Positions 1 through 14,337 of a stretch of DNA of 64,000 nucleotides are shown piece after piece; the stretch's first letter is position 1, and every line of letters starts with the position of its first letter. The translations under genes and the position numbers were made by a program. Origin of the DNA: Heptranchias perlo (taxonomy: Eukaryota); NCBI RefSeq assembly GCF_035084215.1, contig NC_090354.1:10664001-10728000 (forward strand). The letters run 5' to 3'. The notes under the pieces were generated by a model. The model made no database searches. It had not been told where the DNA came from and saw only the letters and a list, made by a program, of their open reading frames with translations.

Positions 1-162
1 TCTTTTGACCTCATAGCACATAGAACTTTTAAAGCTCAATGCTGTACATTTTCTCAATATTTTTAATAGAACACATGTATTAGAAAAGTTACTTTCTATT
101 TATAACTTGACAACTGTATTTGTGAAAGAGAGCTGAATCATGAAGTGTTCTAAATGTACTCA

Positions 163-372
<210 letters not shown>

Positions 373-918
373 CTAAAAGAAAACCAAAAATAAAAGGTGC
401 TTTGAAATTGGTCAATTGATATGGTTTCAACTCTCCCTGTAGAATGAGCCAGTTCAGTACATTATTATTTGCCAAAATTTTCTGGGAGGGGTTTGTTTCG
501 GAGCAAAATTGATGTTCTGGTACAGAAATACTACTACAGTCTTATTTGACCAATTACACAAAGACCCAGGAAACAAGATGTGGTAGCGCCAATTTATCTT
601 TGTGCTGTGCATGTTTGAAAATTAAAGTATCACATCCTGCTTATAAGTTCCCACGCATCAAGTTCTTTTATCAGAGGAAGTTAAACATACCCACTGAGGG
701 AAAAAAATCAAAGGCATCTTGAACACCTTCAATTGCCCAGTTACTGAGCAGCATCGCCAAAGAAATGGGAGCAAATTTTGGTGGGGAGGAACAAAAATTT
801 GCATCAAAGCTTAAAAAAGACTGTTCTTGGTTGTCGATATAACCAAATTCTAATATTAGTAAATGAATAAATAACTTACTGCATGTACTTCAATCCATAC
901 TCTCAAACACTAACCTAC

Positions 919-1055
919 CTCTGGACCCAACATAGCTGCTGGATCTGTGATAGTCAGCATTACTTCATTAACCAGCTCCATAGGAATGTCACCCATCACA
1001 CGCATCCTCTTTGCATCTTCTAGGGTCATGGTGTCAGACAGTTTTCTTTTCTCTC
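919..1055 (-). CDS. KAT2A: KAT2A coding exon 9 (137 bp)
   Basis: EKRKLSDTMTLEDAKRMRVMGDIPMELVNEVMLTITDPAAMLGPE; acceptor TACAG, donor GTAGGT. Confidence 0.95.
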
Positions 1056-2441
1056 CTGTAATGGACAACCAACTGTCTTAAATGGAAACTAAGCCAGCTC
1101 ATGTATCCAATGTGCAGTTGCGCCATACAATCTAGAAAAATCCCAGATTCAACCTCCTGTCTGCATTCTCGAGTTAGCTGATCTCAGCCAAGATTGGTGC
1201 TAGGAGTGCTACAACTAGCCTCATCGGAGGTAAAATGGAGATGTGTAATATCCCAATCAAAATCTTCATCTATTATCCTTCACCTTTCAGGAGCAGGTTA
1301 CCTGTCTGTTCTTTTGACTGTCCACATGCTGAGTTCCTAATCTATGCTAGGTTATTTGGGAAGAGGAGACAAGGAAAAGCAACGTTGTACGTAAGGGTAA
1401 GGAAGGAAATTCAAGGGTGAATCATCCCAGTTCTTTCTCATATATTACAGAGTGGTATTGGCAAAGACCTTGGAATAAGTCAACTCAACATTCTTTTCAG
1501 CCGGGGGGTGGGGGGAGGTGCACAATATAGGAAGAGTGAAAGGAGAGGATGGGAAGAAAACTTAGCCAATCTTCCTTGATGAGGGCTGACGTATGTCATA
1601 TAGAAAGTATTTGGACATGTTGAGGGGAAGGAGAAGAAAAGAATCTCACTCTACATACTGCCAAAAGTTGGAACAAACAATTATATAGCTGTGCCAGATG
1701 TTAAATCAGGCATAGTAACCCTGATGTAATCCACTTACAGGGACCTCAAAAGTTTACGAATTGGGGATTTATAGTTTCCTCTTTTTCTTCAGCATACACA
1801 GCCAGGCCATTAGGTCACTACATTTGAAAGTCGAATTTCTGAACCACTGTATATTTTGCAGTATATATAAAAATCACTACGATGATACAGAAGGCTGGTA
1901 ACAATTTAAAATATATAGATAAATAGAGGGCTGATGCCACCATGTGTCCAAGACATATAACTACATTTTTTAAAAAGCAGCAAAGGTGATGTGACCAACA
2001 GTGGCTGGTCTTGCTAAGAACAGCTAGGTTAAGCCTTGACCAACCAAGTAATGCTGCATCACCTATTATATAGCATTTCAGATTGGCTCCTGTCCCTTTG
2101 CTACAACTGAAGGGCAGGTGCTTACTCGACAAGCACTAAGCACTATAAGCTGACTCAGATCCCCATCAATTAAATTGGCTGCTGTATCAGACTAGGGTCT
2201 CTGTTTTGAATTGATTGCCTTATGTGTCTGACAATAGACAAACTTTTTTTAAAAAACGTAAAAAATCCTAATCCTACAACTTACATGATCACATGCTGCT
2301 CTGTTGAAAGGATTCAAGCATTCCATCACTTGACATGCAAAACATGCATTTGTTACATAACTGCATTACAATGTTTGATTTTTCTACCACTAATATCAGC
2401 TTAAAAAAGAATCTTACAGCTCATAGTTACGCAGCAATTAC

Positions 2442-2552
2442 CTGGTGCTGGCTCAGAAACCCCCATGTCAACACTAATGGATGCTGGACTTGAGCTACAA
2501 TTGATGTTTCTGCTTGATGTAGGTATACTAGGCACTGGGGACGGACTAACAG
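2442..2552 (-). CDS. KAT2A: KAT2A coding exon 8 (111 bp, S/P-rich linker)
   Basis: VSPSPVPSIPTSSRNINCSSSPASISVDMGVSEPAP; acceptor TTTTTCAG, donor GTAATT; phase 1/1 fits the flanking exons. Confidence 0.85.
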
Positions 2553-3119
2553 CTGAAAAATAAAATGTCAGAAATAAAACATTTTTTTTAAAACACAAAG
2601 TTGCTACGAACAAACACAAATCACATGATAAAACAAACATACATGACAGTGGAAGATGACCTGATGTCCAACCTACATTAAGTGATGCACATTCAAACCA
2701 TCCAGAAAGACACAGACCTTGAGCACTATTGGATATCTGCAGTGCAGTTCTAGCTCCAAATTAGTATGGACAAAGTGCATTAATCCTTTGAGGACTGAAG
2801 CAGCATTATAACACAAAAATCTAATGTACTATATGAATGTTAGGAATTAACAAACATTCCACTGTTCTGCATACATTTCCCACACTTTACTTTATAATAT
2901 TTAGAATTAGCAATTTAAAAGAACCCATTTTATAGGATAGAAAACATGTAAAGTTGAAAGCTGTGAACAACAATCAGTATTCTAAAGATTCAGATTTCTC
3001 TATGGATGTTTTAAACCACTGCCCTAACCACCAACAAATCAGGGAAACCCAAATCAAACTAGATTTGTAGCAAAATTGTAGAATGCAACAGAAAAAATAA
3101 TTCATAATTCTCAACAAAT

Positions 3120-5138
3120 ATACATTCCATTTAGAAGTAAAAACTCCATGGGAAAATGATCCAACCATGGCTAACTAGAGAAGTTAAGGATAGTATTAGA
3201 TTAAAAGAGGCTTACAATGTTGCCAAAAATCGTACACCTGAGGATTGGGATGGTTTTAGAAATCAGCAAAGGATGACCAAGAAGTTGATAAAGAGGGAGA
3301 AAATTGAATATGAAAGTTAAACAGCAAGAAATATAAAAACAGATTGAAAGAGCATCTACAAGTATGTAATAGGACGAGATTAGCGAAAGTAAACATGGGT
3401 CCCTTACAGGCAGAGACAGGAGAAATTATAATGGGGAATAAGGAAACAGCAGAGACGTTAAACAAATATTTTGTATCTGTCTTCACAGTAAAACACACAA
3501 AAACATACCGGAAATAGTGGGGAACCAAGGGTCTAATGAGACTGAGGAACTAAAATTAATTAAGATTAGTAAAGAAAATGTACTGGAGAAATTAATGGGA
3601 CTAAAAGCCAACAAATCCCCTGGACCTGGTGGGCTACATTCTAGGGTTCTAAAAGAGGTTGGTGCAGAGGTAGTGGATGCATTGGTTTTGATCTTCCAGA
3701 ATTCCTTAGATTCTAGAACTGTCTCTGTGGATTGGAAGGTAGTATCCAAGAAAGGAAGGAGAAAGAAAACAGGGAACTATAGGCCAGTCAGCCTGACATC
3801 AGTAGTAGGGAAAATGCTAGAATCTATTAAGGACGTAGTAACAGGGCACTTAGAAAATCAAAATATGATTAGGTAGAGACAACATGGTTTTATGAAAGGG
3901 AAATCATGTTTGACAAATCTATTAGAATTTTTTTTGAGGGTGTAACTAGCAGGGTAGATAAGGGGGAATTAGTTGGTATAGTATATTTGGATTTTCAAAA
4001 GGCATTCGATAAGGTGCTACACAAGAGGTTGTTACATAAGATTAGGGCTCATGGGATTGAGGATTGGTTAACAGATAGAAAACAGAGACTGGGAATAAAC
4101 GGGTCATTTTCTGGTTGGCAGGTTGTAACTAGTGGGGTGCACAAGGGTCAGTGCTTGGGCCTCAGCTGTTTACAATCTATATCAATGACTTAGATGAGGG
4201 GGCCGAGTATGATGTATCCAAGTTTGCTTACGATACAAAGCTAGGTAAGCTATGAGGAGGACACAAAGAGACTGCAAAGGGATACGGGCAGGTTAAATAT
4301 GTGGGCGAGAAGGTGGCAGATGGAGTATAATGTGGGGAAATGTGAAATTATCCACTTTGGCAAGAACAACAGAAAAGCAGAATATTTTTTAAAAGGTGAG
4401 CGACTAACAAATGTTGGTATTCAGAGGGATTTGGGTGTCCTTGTACACGAATCACAGAAAGTTAACATGCAGGTACAGGAAGCAATTAGGAAGGCAAATT
4501 GTATGTTACCCTTTATTGGGGGTTGAAGTGTGATTAAGGAGGTCTTGCTGCAATTATATAGGGCTCTGGTGAGACCACACCTGGAATACTGTGTACAGTT
4601 TTAGCCTCCTTACCTAAGGAAGGATATAATTGCCTTAGACGGCGTACATTGAAGGTTTACTAGATTGATTCCTGATATGAGAGGGTTGTCCTTTGAAGAG
4701 AGGTTAAGTAGAATGGACCTATATTCTCTGGAGTTTAGAAGAATGAGAGGTGATCTCATTGAAATGTATAAAATTCTTAGAGGGCTTTATAGGGTAGATG
4801 TTGAGAGGCTCTTTCCCCTGGCTGGAGAGTCTAGAACTAGGGATCATAGTCTCAAGATAAGGGGTTGGCCATTTAGGACCAAGATGAGGAAAAATTTCTT
4901 CACTCAGAGGGTTGTGAATCTTTGGAATTCTCTACCCCAGAGGACTGTGGATGCTCAGTCATTGAGTATATTCAAGATTGAGATCGATGGATATTTGAAC
5001 ACTAAGGGAATCAAGGGATATGGGGATAGGGCAGGAAAGTGGAGTTGAGGTAGATCAGCCGTGATCTTATTGAATGGCGGAGCAGGCTCGAGGGGCCATA
5101 TGGCCTACTACTGCTCCTTTTTCTTATGTTCTTATGTA
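3120..5138 (+). mobile_element. 5'-truncated, frameshifted CR1-clade LINE (RT plus 3' tail) in KAT2A intron 7
   Basis: ORF pieces KSPGPGGLHSRVLKE, NYRPVSLTSVVGKMLES, YLDFQKAFDKV, WQMEYNVGKC, RRMRGDLIE, FFTQRVVNLWNSLP; ends in a TCTTATGTTCTTATGT microsatellite tail. Confidence 0.9.
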
Positions 5139-6021
5139 CAAAATGTGCCTTTTATTTTTGTATTTCAGAGATCAGTTTGTTCAAAAAAAATACCTGCTAT
5201 ATGGTGACCAGATCACACTCATTCTGTCCTTATTTAAGCCAGACTGATGTGATAAAAGCTTCCTATCTTTGCTGGCTATAAAGGTCCTGGGTGAAAAAGT
5301 CTGATTTTCTTTGGGGGGTGGGGGTGTACTGTCAGGGTTCCCTCTCCTGATTGATGTCCAGTGAGTTGTGTTGGAAATCCATTGTATGGACGTTCAGTGA
5401 AGACAGGATCAGTTATGATGCTGCCCGCTATCAAATAGTATGATGCGAAAGCTGATGCATGAATAACGGGCATTTGGATGAGACAGTGGAGGGTGACCGG
5501 TACCTTTAGAACCGTGTCCCAGCAAATGTCAATGCGTTCAGGACAACAAGGGAGGGGAAAAAATAGGCAGAAAAAAAGGACGAGTATGGCAAACAAAAAA
5601 AAATGTTCAGCCGATGATTTTTGTACTCAAGATAAGGAATGTTAGTGCTGAGGAATGGAACACTTTTCATATCAGGCATGCAGGGTCAGCATCAAGCATT
5701 CCCAGGTTAATAGATGCATTTTTAAAACTCTTTATTCCGAATCAAGGTGTCTCAGTCTCTTCCTTAGCATAGCACCCTATCTCACCAGTGAGACATTTTT
5801 CCATTTCACACACCAGCTATTTTGTGGCATCACTGAATGAGATTGCTAGTTAGTGCTGAATTAGGGGCAGTTTTGTGCCCAACCCACAAACTACCCAAAC
5901 TCATTTCACATACAACACCTATGGTCAGCAGACAGACTTTCATTGTCTGGGGCATTCACAGAATTCTCTGACATCTGTGAGAAGCAGACCTGTGGCGATT
6001 GTTGATTCTAGAGACAGCTAC

Positions 6022-6128
6022 CTGGCTGTTGTCCCAGTTGCACTCCTTCCACAGCAGACAAAGTGAAATCAGAATCCCATATTGGAGAACTCTGGCCATA
6101 AATCTCTTCCTCCAGCATTGACAGGAAT
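6022..6128 (-). CDS. KAT2A: KAT2A coding exon 7 (107 bp)
   Basis: FLSMLEEEIYGQSSPIWDSDFTLSAVEGVQLGQQP; acceptor TTGCAG, donor GTAGCT. Confidence 0.92.
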
Positions 6129-6944
6129 CTGCAAGAATTAATTGAGAAGATAAATAAAACAGAGCTGGCACTTTCTATAAATAGTGTAAAATAAAATTAC
6201 AATATTGGAAAGACAGACACTCATCTAAAAATCATCCAACAGCACATAAAAATGTCTCAAAATGTAGCTTGATACATTAAACTCTAATTAAAGTTGGGAA
6301 TGCCAGTTACATTACAGAACTATTAGAGGGACCACAGAGTTAAGTGTCTAACCTGCTTTACAGGAACTGGCCGACTTCGAACAGATGTATTTCAGGATAA
6401 AGCAACTAAAATTTCAAATACCTTATGATAAAAAAAAATTTGAAGTTAGGTGGGCAGTGAAGTGATGAACTGTTAAATTTTCCAGAAATGTCATTATGAA
6501 TTACTCTTCGAATTGAGCTGAGCCTTGCAAAGTGGGTCAGGTTGTAAGAGTTCTCCATTGGAGTGGACTTTCACTTATGACTAGTTAAAGGAAGATTCCC
6601 ACTGGAACTAAATAGTATTCAATCAGCAATACCGAGTCACCCAAGTTCTGCCATACACTTAAGTTTTTTCTACACTGCCAAGAAATGTCCACACTATATC
6701 GATCATACCTGAGTGTGTACGCCCACCTTGTACAATATGTTTCCCCAAACAGTGGCTGTATGTGCCAGGACTTTCCAAACTTGGTTTGCCCACATAGCTT
6801 GGATATTTGGGATGGGGTGTTTCTGAGGCTGTGCCAGAGCAAAATGGTTTTCTATGGTAGCTGCCTCTACAATTGTGCCATCCATCCCATCTTTCACAGC
6901 CTCAAAGAAAACACTGCATCGAACTTGAAGCATTAATTCCTTAC

Positions 6945-7136
6945 TTTGGGAAGTGGGTAAGGATGAGTGTTCGTTTTTCTGGCATCAGCTTGTCTTTCTC
7001 CACCCTGAACTTCTCAAGTAGCTGTCGCCGAGTGACTGTGAAGATGGAGCGAAGTAGCGTCCTCCCAAAGACCTGTGTGGTTTCATACCGAGGAAGGCTG
7101 TCGCAGCTTTGAGGGACGTGACAGTAGCAGAGCCAC
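6945..7136 (-). CDS. KAT2A: KAT2A coding exon 6 (192 bp)
   Basis: WLCYCHVPQSCDSLPRYETTQVFGRTLLRSIFTVTRRQLLEKFRVEKDKLMPEKRTLILTHFPK; acceptor TTCCAG, donor GTAAGG. Confidence 0.95.
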
Positions 7137-8181
7137 CTGGAATACAAAGAAAAATGACAATAAAAAAGTTTTATCCATCTATTCTTGCATGCAGGAAAAA
7201 AATCCAAAAGAGCCAAGACTGAAACCTTGGAAACCTGTGTACAAAATTTAGCCAAATATACTCTCAGAAACGAACGTGCTTTTCTTTTTGATTTGGTGAC
7301 AAATATAGGAAAATTTAGACATATTGTATCATTGCTTGTCATCAGCTAGATTTCCATCCTTTCTTTGGCATAGATTACACTTAAACTGGCAAGACTTTTT
7401 AAATGAATAATATAACTGTACATAAAAATAGTAAAGTACGACATGAAAAAAGACTTCGCTGTGCAGTAGATTGATGCTGAGATATGTTACTGGGGGGAAA
7501 TGGAACGGGGTTTACATTTGGCATCTAACGACTGGCTATACATGAGTTGGGAATGCTTATGATGGACCATGTTCCATTCCCCAGCACCAACACTCCTCAC
7601 CTTAATCAGCTTAAAATTCACAAAAAAAGCTAAGAAAATAAATGTGTTAAAAACTGAAACCATTCTGATGCAAAAAAGCAAGAGTAATTGATTTCACACA
7701 GATCACAGGTAGCACTGTTGGCAGTAAAGGAGCACTATCAATTGTGTTTTTATACAAGAAGCCTTTGAATCAAAGAAAACTAACATACTATCTTGAAGGG
7801 ACAAAGTCATGCAGCCATTTATCACACTGTACTTTCCCCTTTGGGGTTTAGACCATCCCGCTGTAACAGTCGTATGTGAAATGAGTTGTAGTAGCGCAAG
7901 AATGCCCACTATTTGGCAATCCCACTCTAAGGCTATTACAATAAATACTGCAGAAACTGGAAGTGTCACAATGGTGCAATAGGATGCTCTTCTGAAAGTG
8001 CTGGGCAAAGTAAAGGGAACCTTACTCCTCATCTGGCCTGTGTTAAATCTGGTCTGTGAGGACTTGATGTTGTCACCAAGTTTCTTTCCCTCACATCAAC
8101 ATTCCTTACCTTAATGAGCAAAAACCAAAAAACAGTAACTGAACATCTCTTCATAGACATATTTGTGACACTCCCCAATAC

Positions 8182-8363
8182 CTGGTATAATTAACTTTGT
8201 ATGCATCAACATCTTCATTCTGGGACCTCTGCCGGAACTGAGATGGAGTTTCCAGTTTCCAGTAGTTCAAACAGAGCAGGAACATTTTGGAAAGTTCATA
8301 CATAGTTTGCTTTTCCTTGGCAGGAATGTGGCTGAATTTGTACTGAACAAAATTAAAAATTCC
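8182..8363 (-). CDS. KAT2A: KAT2A coding exon 5 (182 bp)
   Basis: GIFNFVQYKFSHIPAKEKQTMYELSKMFLLCLNYWKLETPSQFRQRSQNEDVDAYKVNYTR; acceptor ACCAG, donor GTATTG. Confidence 0.95.
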
Positions 8364-8535
8364 CTGGTAGAAACAGAATATCAAAGATTTAAATCCAATG
8401 AATCATCACAAATTTACATCCGAGATTTATTGCTATTATCTTTCCCCAAAGATATTTTTCTTTCACCCTCTACAATATCTTACCATTGATGATTCCACCC
8501 TTAGTCCTTCATCTATCGACACTCTTGGCCTCAAC

Positions 8536-9134
8536 GGGATTGATGTTAACTTTTGGGCGGCCGACCGGTTGAATGAGCTGTCCGCCAGCAGAGGCTGGAG
8601 CCATTTTGAGGCCTGGGGCTGATTTAAATAGAACCAGCGAGCTGCCCACTCCAAATGGGCCTCCCGATGCAGCTAACCAAATTCAGACTGATGCAATACT
8701 GGGCAGCCCAGGGGCTGCCTGGCTAGCAGCAAGATAAGTCTGTGGGGGGTATCGGGTCACGATCACGGAGGTGCGGAGCTCAGGGCGTCAGCGGCCCAGA
8801 TTATTTTTGTTGGGTCCGGAGGATCACACCTGCTTCTCCTGGCACCGAACAAAAAATTCAAAACGTACCTTTTCGGAGCCTCTTACTTGTATCACCAATA
8901 AAGGTAGTTGGAAAGTGCATGGTGCACACTCCAACCAGTTCTGTCCTAAAATGTCAACTGGGGTCATATTTTTATCACAGGACCTCGATTTGTGTTCTAC
9001 CACCCAGCAGAAGGACCCTGTAAGAAATGCAGCGGGCAGAGTGTTGGTGTTAACGGAGTGGTAAATCTACCATCCCCATCTTGAAGACGTTACTGCACCA
9101 ATAATGCTAATTTCAACAAGTTAAAGTCGCTCCC
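8536..9134. mobile_element. Possible old non-autonomous DNA transposon (MITE-like)
   Basis: GC/CpG-richer ~600-bp island in an AT-rich intron, bounded by an imperfect 17-bp inverted repeat (GGGATTGATGTTAACTT / AAGTTAAAGTCGCTCCC, 13/17 match); no clean TSD. Confidence 0.35.
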
Positions 9135-9230
9135 ACTATCTCCTTTGACCTCAAGTAGGACATCCAAGAAACTCCGTTTTCTTTCGCATGCCACTTCTTT
9201 TCCCATCAACAATTCTTAACTCTTTATAAG

Positions 9231-9669
9231 GTGTCAGCCTTGGCTCAGAGGTAGCACTCTCACCTGAATCAGAAGGTCATAAGTACAAGCCCCATTCCAG
9301 ACTTGAGCACATAATCTAGGCTGACATTTCAGTGCAGTACTGAGGGACTGTTGCACTGTTGGAGCTACCAACTTTTGGATGAGGCATTAAACCAAGGCCA
9401 CGTCTGTCCTCTCAGGTGCGTGTAAAAGGAAATATTCAAAGAAGAGATGGAGAGTTCTCCTGGTGTCCTGGCCAACACTGATCCCTCAATCAATACCACC
9501 AAAAACAGATCTGGTCATTCACCTCATTACTGATTGTGGGACCTTGTAAATTGGCTGCCATGTTTCCTACATTACAACAGTGACTACACCTTAAAAGTAT
9601 TTTAATGGCTGTGAAACACTTTGGGACATCGTGAGCTCGAGACAAGCACCATATAATTGCAATTTCTTT
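9231..9669 (+). mobile_element. tRNA-derived Deu-domain SINE (SacSINE1/AmnSINE-like)
   Basis: A-box-like TGGCTCAGAGGTAG head, Deu-type core (GTGTCCTGGCCAAC...CAGATCTGGTCAT...GTGGGACCTTG), tail ...TATAATTGCAATTTCTTT; related copies elsewhere in the window. Confidence 0.75.
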
Positions 9670-10776
9670 ATAAAACCTTGGTCTGTTCAAGACTTGAATA
9701 TGCCTCCATATATCTGAGGAGGCTCTTCTAGCACTTCTCTCATACTCTTGCATAAATACGAGAAAATGTTCTTTTGTTATGTGATCCCATTTTGACATAG
9801 TCTCCAACCTGACTCTCCCCTGTCGCAACCTTTCTTTTCTTTTTCTATTTTATTGATAATAATGTGGTCAGCTTAACTTTCCTTCTTTGTTCCAAACATA
9901 CCTAGATGCTCTTCCTCCTTTCCCACTGCATTGAAATCAAGACTCACTGCACAGTCTCCCAATCCAACACATTCTTTTCCAGGGCCCCCAAACAGTGGAA
10001 CTCCTCACCTCCCCCAGTTTTCATTCTAATGTTCAGACTTTTAAATCCCAAGCTTGGCATTATCCAATTATTTACCTCTGCTTCTCTTTCATTCTTTTCG
10101 ACCTTGGTGGTGTCCTGCACAACAGGCTTTGGACCCTCACCTCGCTTCTCAAATTTGAAAAAAAAATTGGCCAAGAGGGACAAATACATTGTTTGATTGA
10201 AGGTGCCCAGATGCAAATGACAGGACATAATGAGATTCAGGCCTAGATCACCTAGTTGGGATTCCACTGTTGTATAGGAAAAGTATATGCTGACCATTAG
10301 TTTCAACTTCAAAAGGTGAGAACACTGGGAAATCCTTCTCTAAAATATTGAGTAATTTCTGCAAAATACACCACCTTTGTTTATTCAAAATTCAAGCACA
10401 TCAATATATTTAGTTATGGAACAAAACAATGTAAATACTTAGCAATGGTTTTCCCCACAAAAAGAATAAATCAATCTCGAAGACTAAGGTGATCTACCCC
10501 CGTGTCTTTCTGCTCACTGATATTTTCGCTTCTGATATCTGGAGCTGCCCACTTTCAGATCATTACTGCGTCATAACAATTGTTCGACATTTTAGTCACA
10601 AGTATTTATTGTATTCCCTCTTTTTGATAAAAGGACTATTTTCATCCCCATTAGACATTCAAGTTTAGTCAGATATATTTAACATTTTAAATATTATGGG
10701 TGAAATTTTCTTCTCCACCATTCATAATCCAGTCCAAACTACAATCTCACTCAATCTTCCTGTGTTAAAACCTCAC

Positions 10777-10866
10777 CTGCTCAATGCTTGGTTTTTCAAA
10801 TGGGGGACTTCCCAACTTTCCTTCCACCACAGGACGTGCCATTTGCAAGATACATTTCCGTAAAAG
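10777..10866 (-). CDS. KAT2A: KAT2A coding exon 4 (90 bp)
   Basis: LLRKCILQMARPVVEGKLGSPPFEKPSIEQ; acceptor TGTTAG, donor GTGAGG. Confidence 0.95.
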
Positions 10867-11806
10867 CTAACAGGAAGGAAACAAAGTCAGCTTGAGTCTC
10901 ACTACAATGCGCGGAAGAACAGTACAAATGGGATGCAATTTAAGTACCTGCAGCTTCAAAGTGCATGTTATATTGAAATTTTTGGTTTAGTTTGTTGTTT
11001 GGTAAATGTTGCACAACTTAATAAAAAATGCTTATTCTCTTCAATTAATCCAGCTTGTCTGAAGAGCTTTAATGATATAGTAGGTTGCTTACAAGTTTGT
11101 TCCAATTGATCTCTAAAAGTCAACATATGAATTGTACCTTTCTCAAAGTACACTAATATATTAAAACCAAATACTAACTGAGTAATGTTTTGAGCAGATC
11201 ATTGGTCCATCTTTCCTATCCTTGCAAACCATCCATCCAGTTCCCTTCTGTGATTCTGGAACTAATAGTCCTGTATCCCACTTACTAATAGAAATTCAAC
11301 AGATATTTTTTAATACCTAACCAGGTTTTATACATCATCCTGACTGATAATCCATTCCAAAAACCTATCACCCTCTTCCAAAAAAAAGTTGCCTGAATTT
11401 ATTTTATTTTGACACCCATAACTGCACCTGGCAGAATTTCTGAATCCAAATTTGCCATAGCTGTTAAAATCTTGAGAGTAAAGTCTGACTCACCCCTCTA
11501 AGTTCAGGAGCTAGTTTATTAACTCTCCTCTGCACTCCCTCCAGTAATTCTACTATAAAATGGGGACCAAAACCGAACAAACTCTCACCAAGTCCAGATA
11601 TAACTTCAACATTCTTCCTTTGTCTTATGTCACATCCCTGGCTACACACTATTTCTTTCTAGGCCACCCATGAATAATGAACTGACAGTTTTAACAAACT
11701 ATCCACCAACCCCCAAGATCTGCTGTTACCTCAAACACATTATCATTTAATATGTACTTCACATTCTCAATTCTTCTATCTAATCCCATTATTTTACACA
11801 TTTGAT

Positions 11807-12262
11807 GCCATGGCTCGGTAATAGCACTCTCATCTGAGTTAGAAGATTGTGGGTTCAAGCCCCACTCCCGAGACTTGAGCACATTATCTAGGCTGATACT
11901 TCAATGCAGTACTGAGGGAAAGCTGTATTATCGGAGGTAGCATCTTTTGAATGAGAAGTTGAACCAAGGCCCTATCTGCCCTCTCAAGTGGACCTAAAAA
12001 ATCCATTGGCGCTCTTTGAAGAAGAGCATGGCAGTTTACCTGGTGTCCTGGCCAACATTTATCCCTGAACTAACATCACTTTAAAAAAAAATTACCTGGT
12101 CACTTATCTCATTGTTGTTTGTGGGACCTTGCTGTGTGCAAATTGGCTACATGGTTTTCCCTACATTACAGCAGTGGCTACGTTTCAAAAAGTAACTGAA
12201 GCACTTTGAAACATCCTGACATCGTGAAAGGCGCTTTATACAAATGCAAATTCTGTCTTTCC
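11807..12262 (+). mobile_element. tRNA-derived Deu-domain SINE
   Basis: TGGCTCGGTAATAG A-box-like and GGTTCAAGCCC B-box; same core and tail as the 9.2-kb copy. Confidence 0.8.
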
Positions 12263-12720
12263 TTTTTCCTGAAATCTTACAACTGAAGTAATTACAAACA
12301 GCAATGTTATATGTATGTATCCTCACAAAACCATTCAACATTTCACAATTTAAAACTTTCAGAACGGTTTACAAATATTTTTCATGTAACACAAAAGGAT
12401 ATATAATAGAATATTGCACTGTTGCAGCATATTAATGGGTTTATTTTACTCATAAGACCTCATAATTTAAACGCACCTGTGTTCATCAATTATGCGTTTC
12501 TCACATTCGTAAGTCGAGCCCCGCAATGCACTATTATCATTGCAACATCTCCTGTACATGCAGTTTGCATTCGTAGTGGAAGGAACTGTCTCAGGCTTAA
12601 CCAATCAATGCTTAGCAAATATTTGCTCCAAATAACGCAGAAAATACAAAACTATTGCTCCAATTTCCTAGATTGTACAAGTTAGATCAACCAGAGTGTA
12701 TCTTTCCCACATAGACTTAC

Positions 12721-12866
12721 CTTGAAAAGATAGAAATAGACTTGTTTTGTGTCAGTGTCCTCCTCTTTGTGAACTGACATGAATAGATTCTCCACATCCA
12801 CCACCATCCCAAGCAGCCTGTTAATTTCATCTTCTGAGACATTATCCAAGTGCGAAACATGGTCCG
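12721..12866 (-). CDS. KAT2A: KAT2A coding exon 3 (146 bp)
   Basis: [48 protein letters not shown]; acceptor CATTAG, donor GTAAGT. Confidence 0.95.
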
Positions 12867-13595
12867 CTAATGGTCAAACATAACAAAAACATTACAAATG
12901 TGAGCATCAGAGTTAAAAAAGGTCATTTGTTAGGTTCGCTACTCAAGTTATTTTAAAACAAGATCTTATTTTTACATTAACTCCTTAAAGTAAGTCAGGC
13001 CATGGAGTGTTGCACAAGCACATCCAAAATTACTCCTTATTTGACTGAACAAAGCGGGTGATCTCCTCAAAATCTCACAATGCTCCTTTACAACTAACCA
13101 ATAATAAGCCTACAAGCACATCTTCTACTGATCCCACTCTCTCCCTATGGGAAAGCCCCTAGCATCAATTTTCATCTCCTTTCTGATGGCACAAGCAAGG
13201 TAGGTTACTCACCACACTGGGGAAAATCACTGCCTGGACCTCATTCCATGGCAAACACCAGCCTTGGAAGACGACTCCCCTTCCCCCAGAAGCACCACTT
13301 CCACTTTTCACACCAGTCACCCTTGTTTGCCTCTATGAGGGAAGCCAGCAATTTAGTGCTAATTGTGCTGAATTTTGGACAGTTATGCACTGTGGACCCA
13401 TGCGCACTATGAACTAGTTTCAGCTGACGCAAACTCATTGCACTTACATCTGAAGGAGAGAAGGCCATCACACTGGGCTGGAGTTAAACCCTGGTCCCAG
13501 AAATAAGTGGACAGTATGCTAAATTGCTGAACCATGCAGTTCCCGTAACATGTCTTAAGCATCACAATAAAATCTCATTCTACAAAAATAGTTAC

Positions 13596-13719
13596 CCAAC
13601 GTGTGTCCGCAACTGCGACAGGGCTCGCTCAGGCTGGCAGCTGGCTGCTGAATATCCATCCTTGGGGCTGTAGGAGGGTTGGGATTTTTCCAGCCATTGC
13701 ATTTACAGGTATCATTAGC
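13596..13719 (-). CDS. KAT2A: KAT2A coding exon 2 (124 bp)
   Basis: ANDTCKCNGWKNPNPPTAPRMDIQQPAASLSEPCRSCGHTL; acceptor TCTCTAG, donor GTAACT. Confidence 0.95.
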
Positions 13720-14337
13720 CTAGAGAGAAATTATATAAATGAATGCTTAAAATAACAACCATATTAGCTGTATTAACCATATAGATTTTATTCAGTAGGT
13801 GGTCTTTTTATTAAAAGAAATGCAGGAAGGTGAGCAATGGAATAGTAGGAAATATATGCAGTACAAGACATAAAAATATACATTATTTATTTTTGTCTGT
13901 CACAGAAGAATCAACTGATATAAATTAACCAATTTATGGGTGTTATTTACTGCAATTGAGTGAAGTATTCATAGCTACTCTGGTAAACAGTACTTTCTAT
14001 TTTTCAGCTAAACTCTAGGTAATTATAGCCCCAAGTTCAGATTCAGGATTTCTGAATATATTTATATGTTTATTTGTTTATATAATGTTGGTACATTTAT
14101 ATTCATGAATGACTACTATAATTGTATAAGGCCTGTGATCAGCCTAGACGAGCTGGGATTCTGATATGTGAATTGTTACAAAAATGAACAAGAGGTGTGC
14201 TTTTCTCAGTAGCAGGCACAAAATGAAACACAAGTTCAAATCACACAGTACAATAATACTTCAGTTCAAATCGTGTATTTCAATTAAGGAACTTACCATT
14301 TCTTTCAAAGCCAACTGCTGAAGAACAGCTGACAATA

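Noticed and set aside
11807-11880. tRNA genes at SINE heads
   Set aside because: A/B boxes are followed by SINE core and tail with no full cloverleaf; these are tRNA-derived SINEs.
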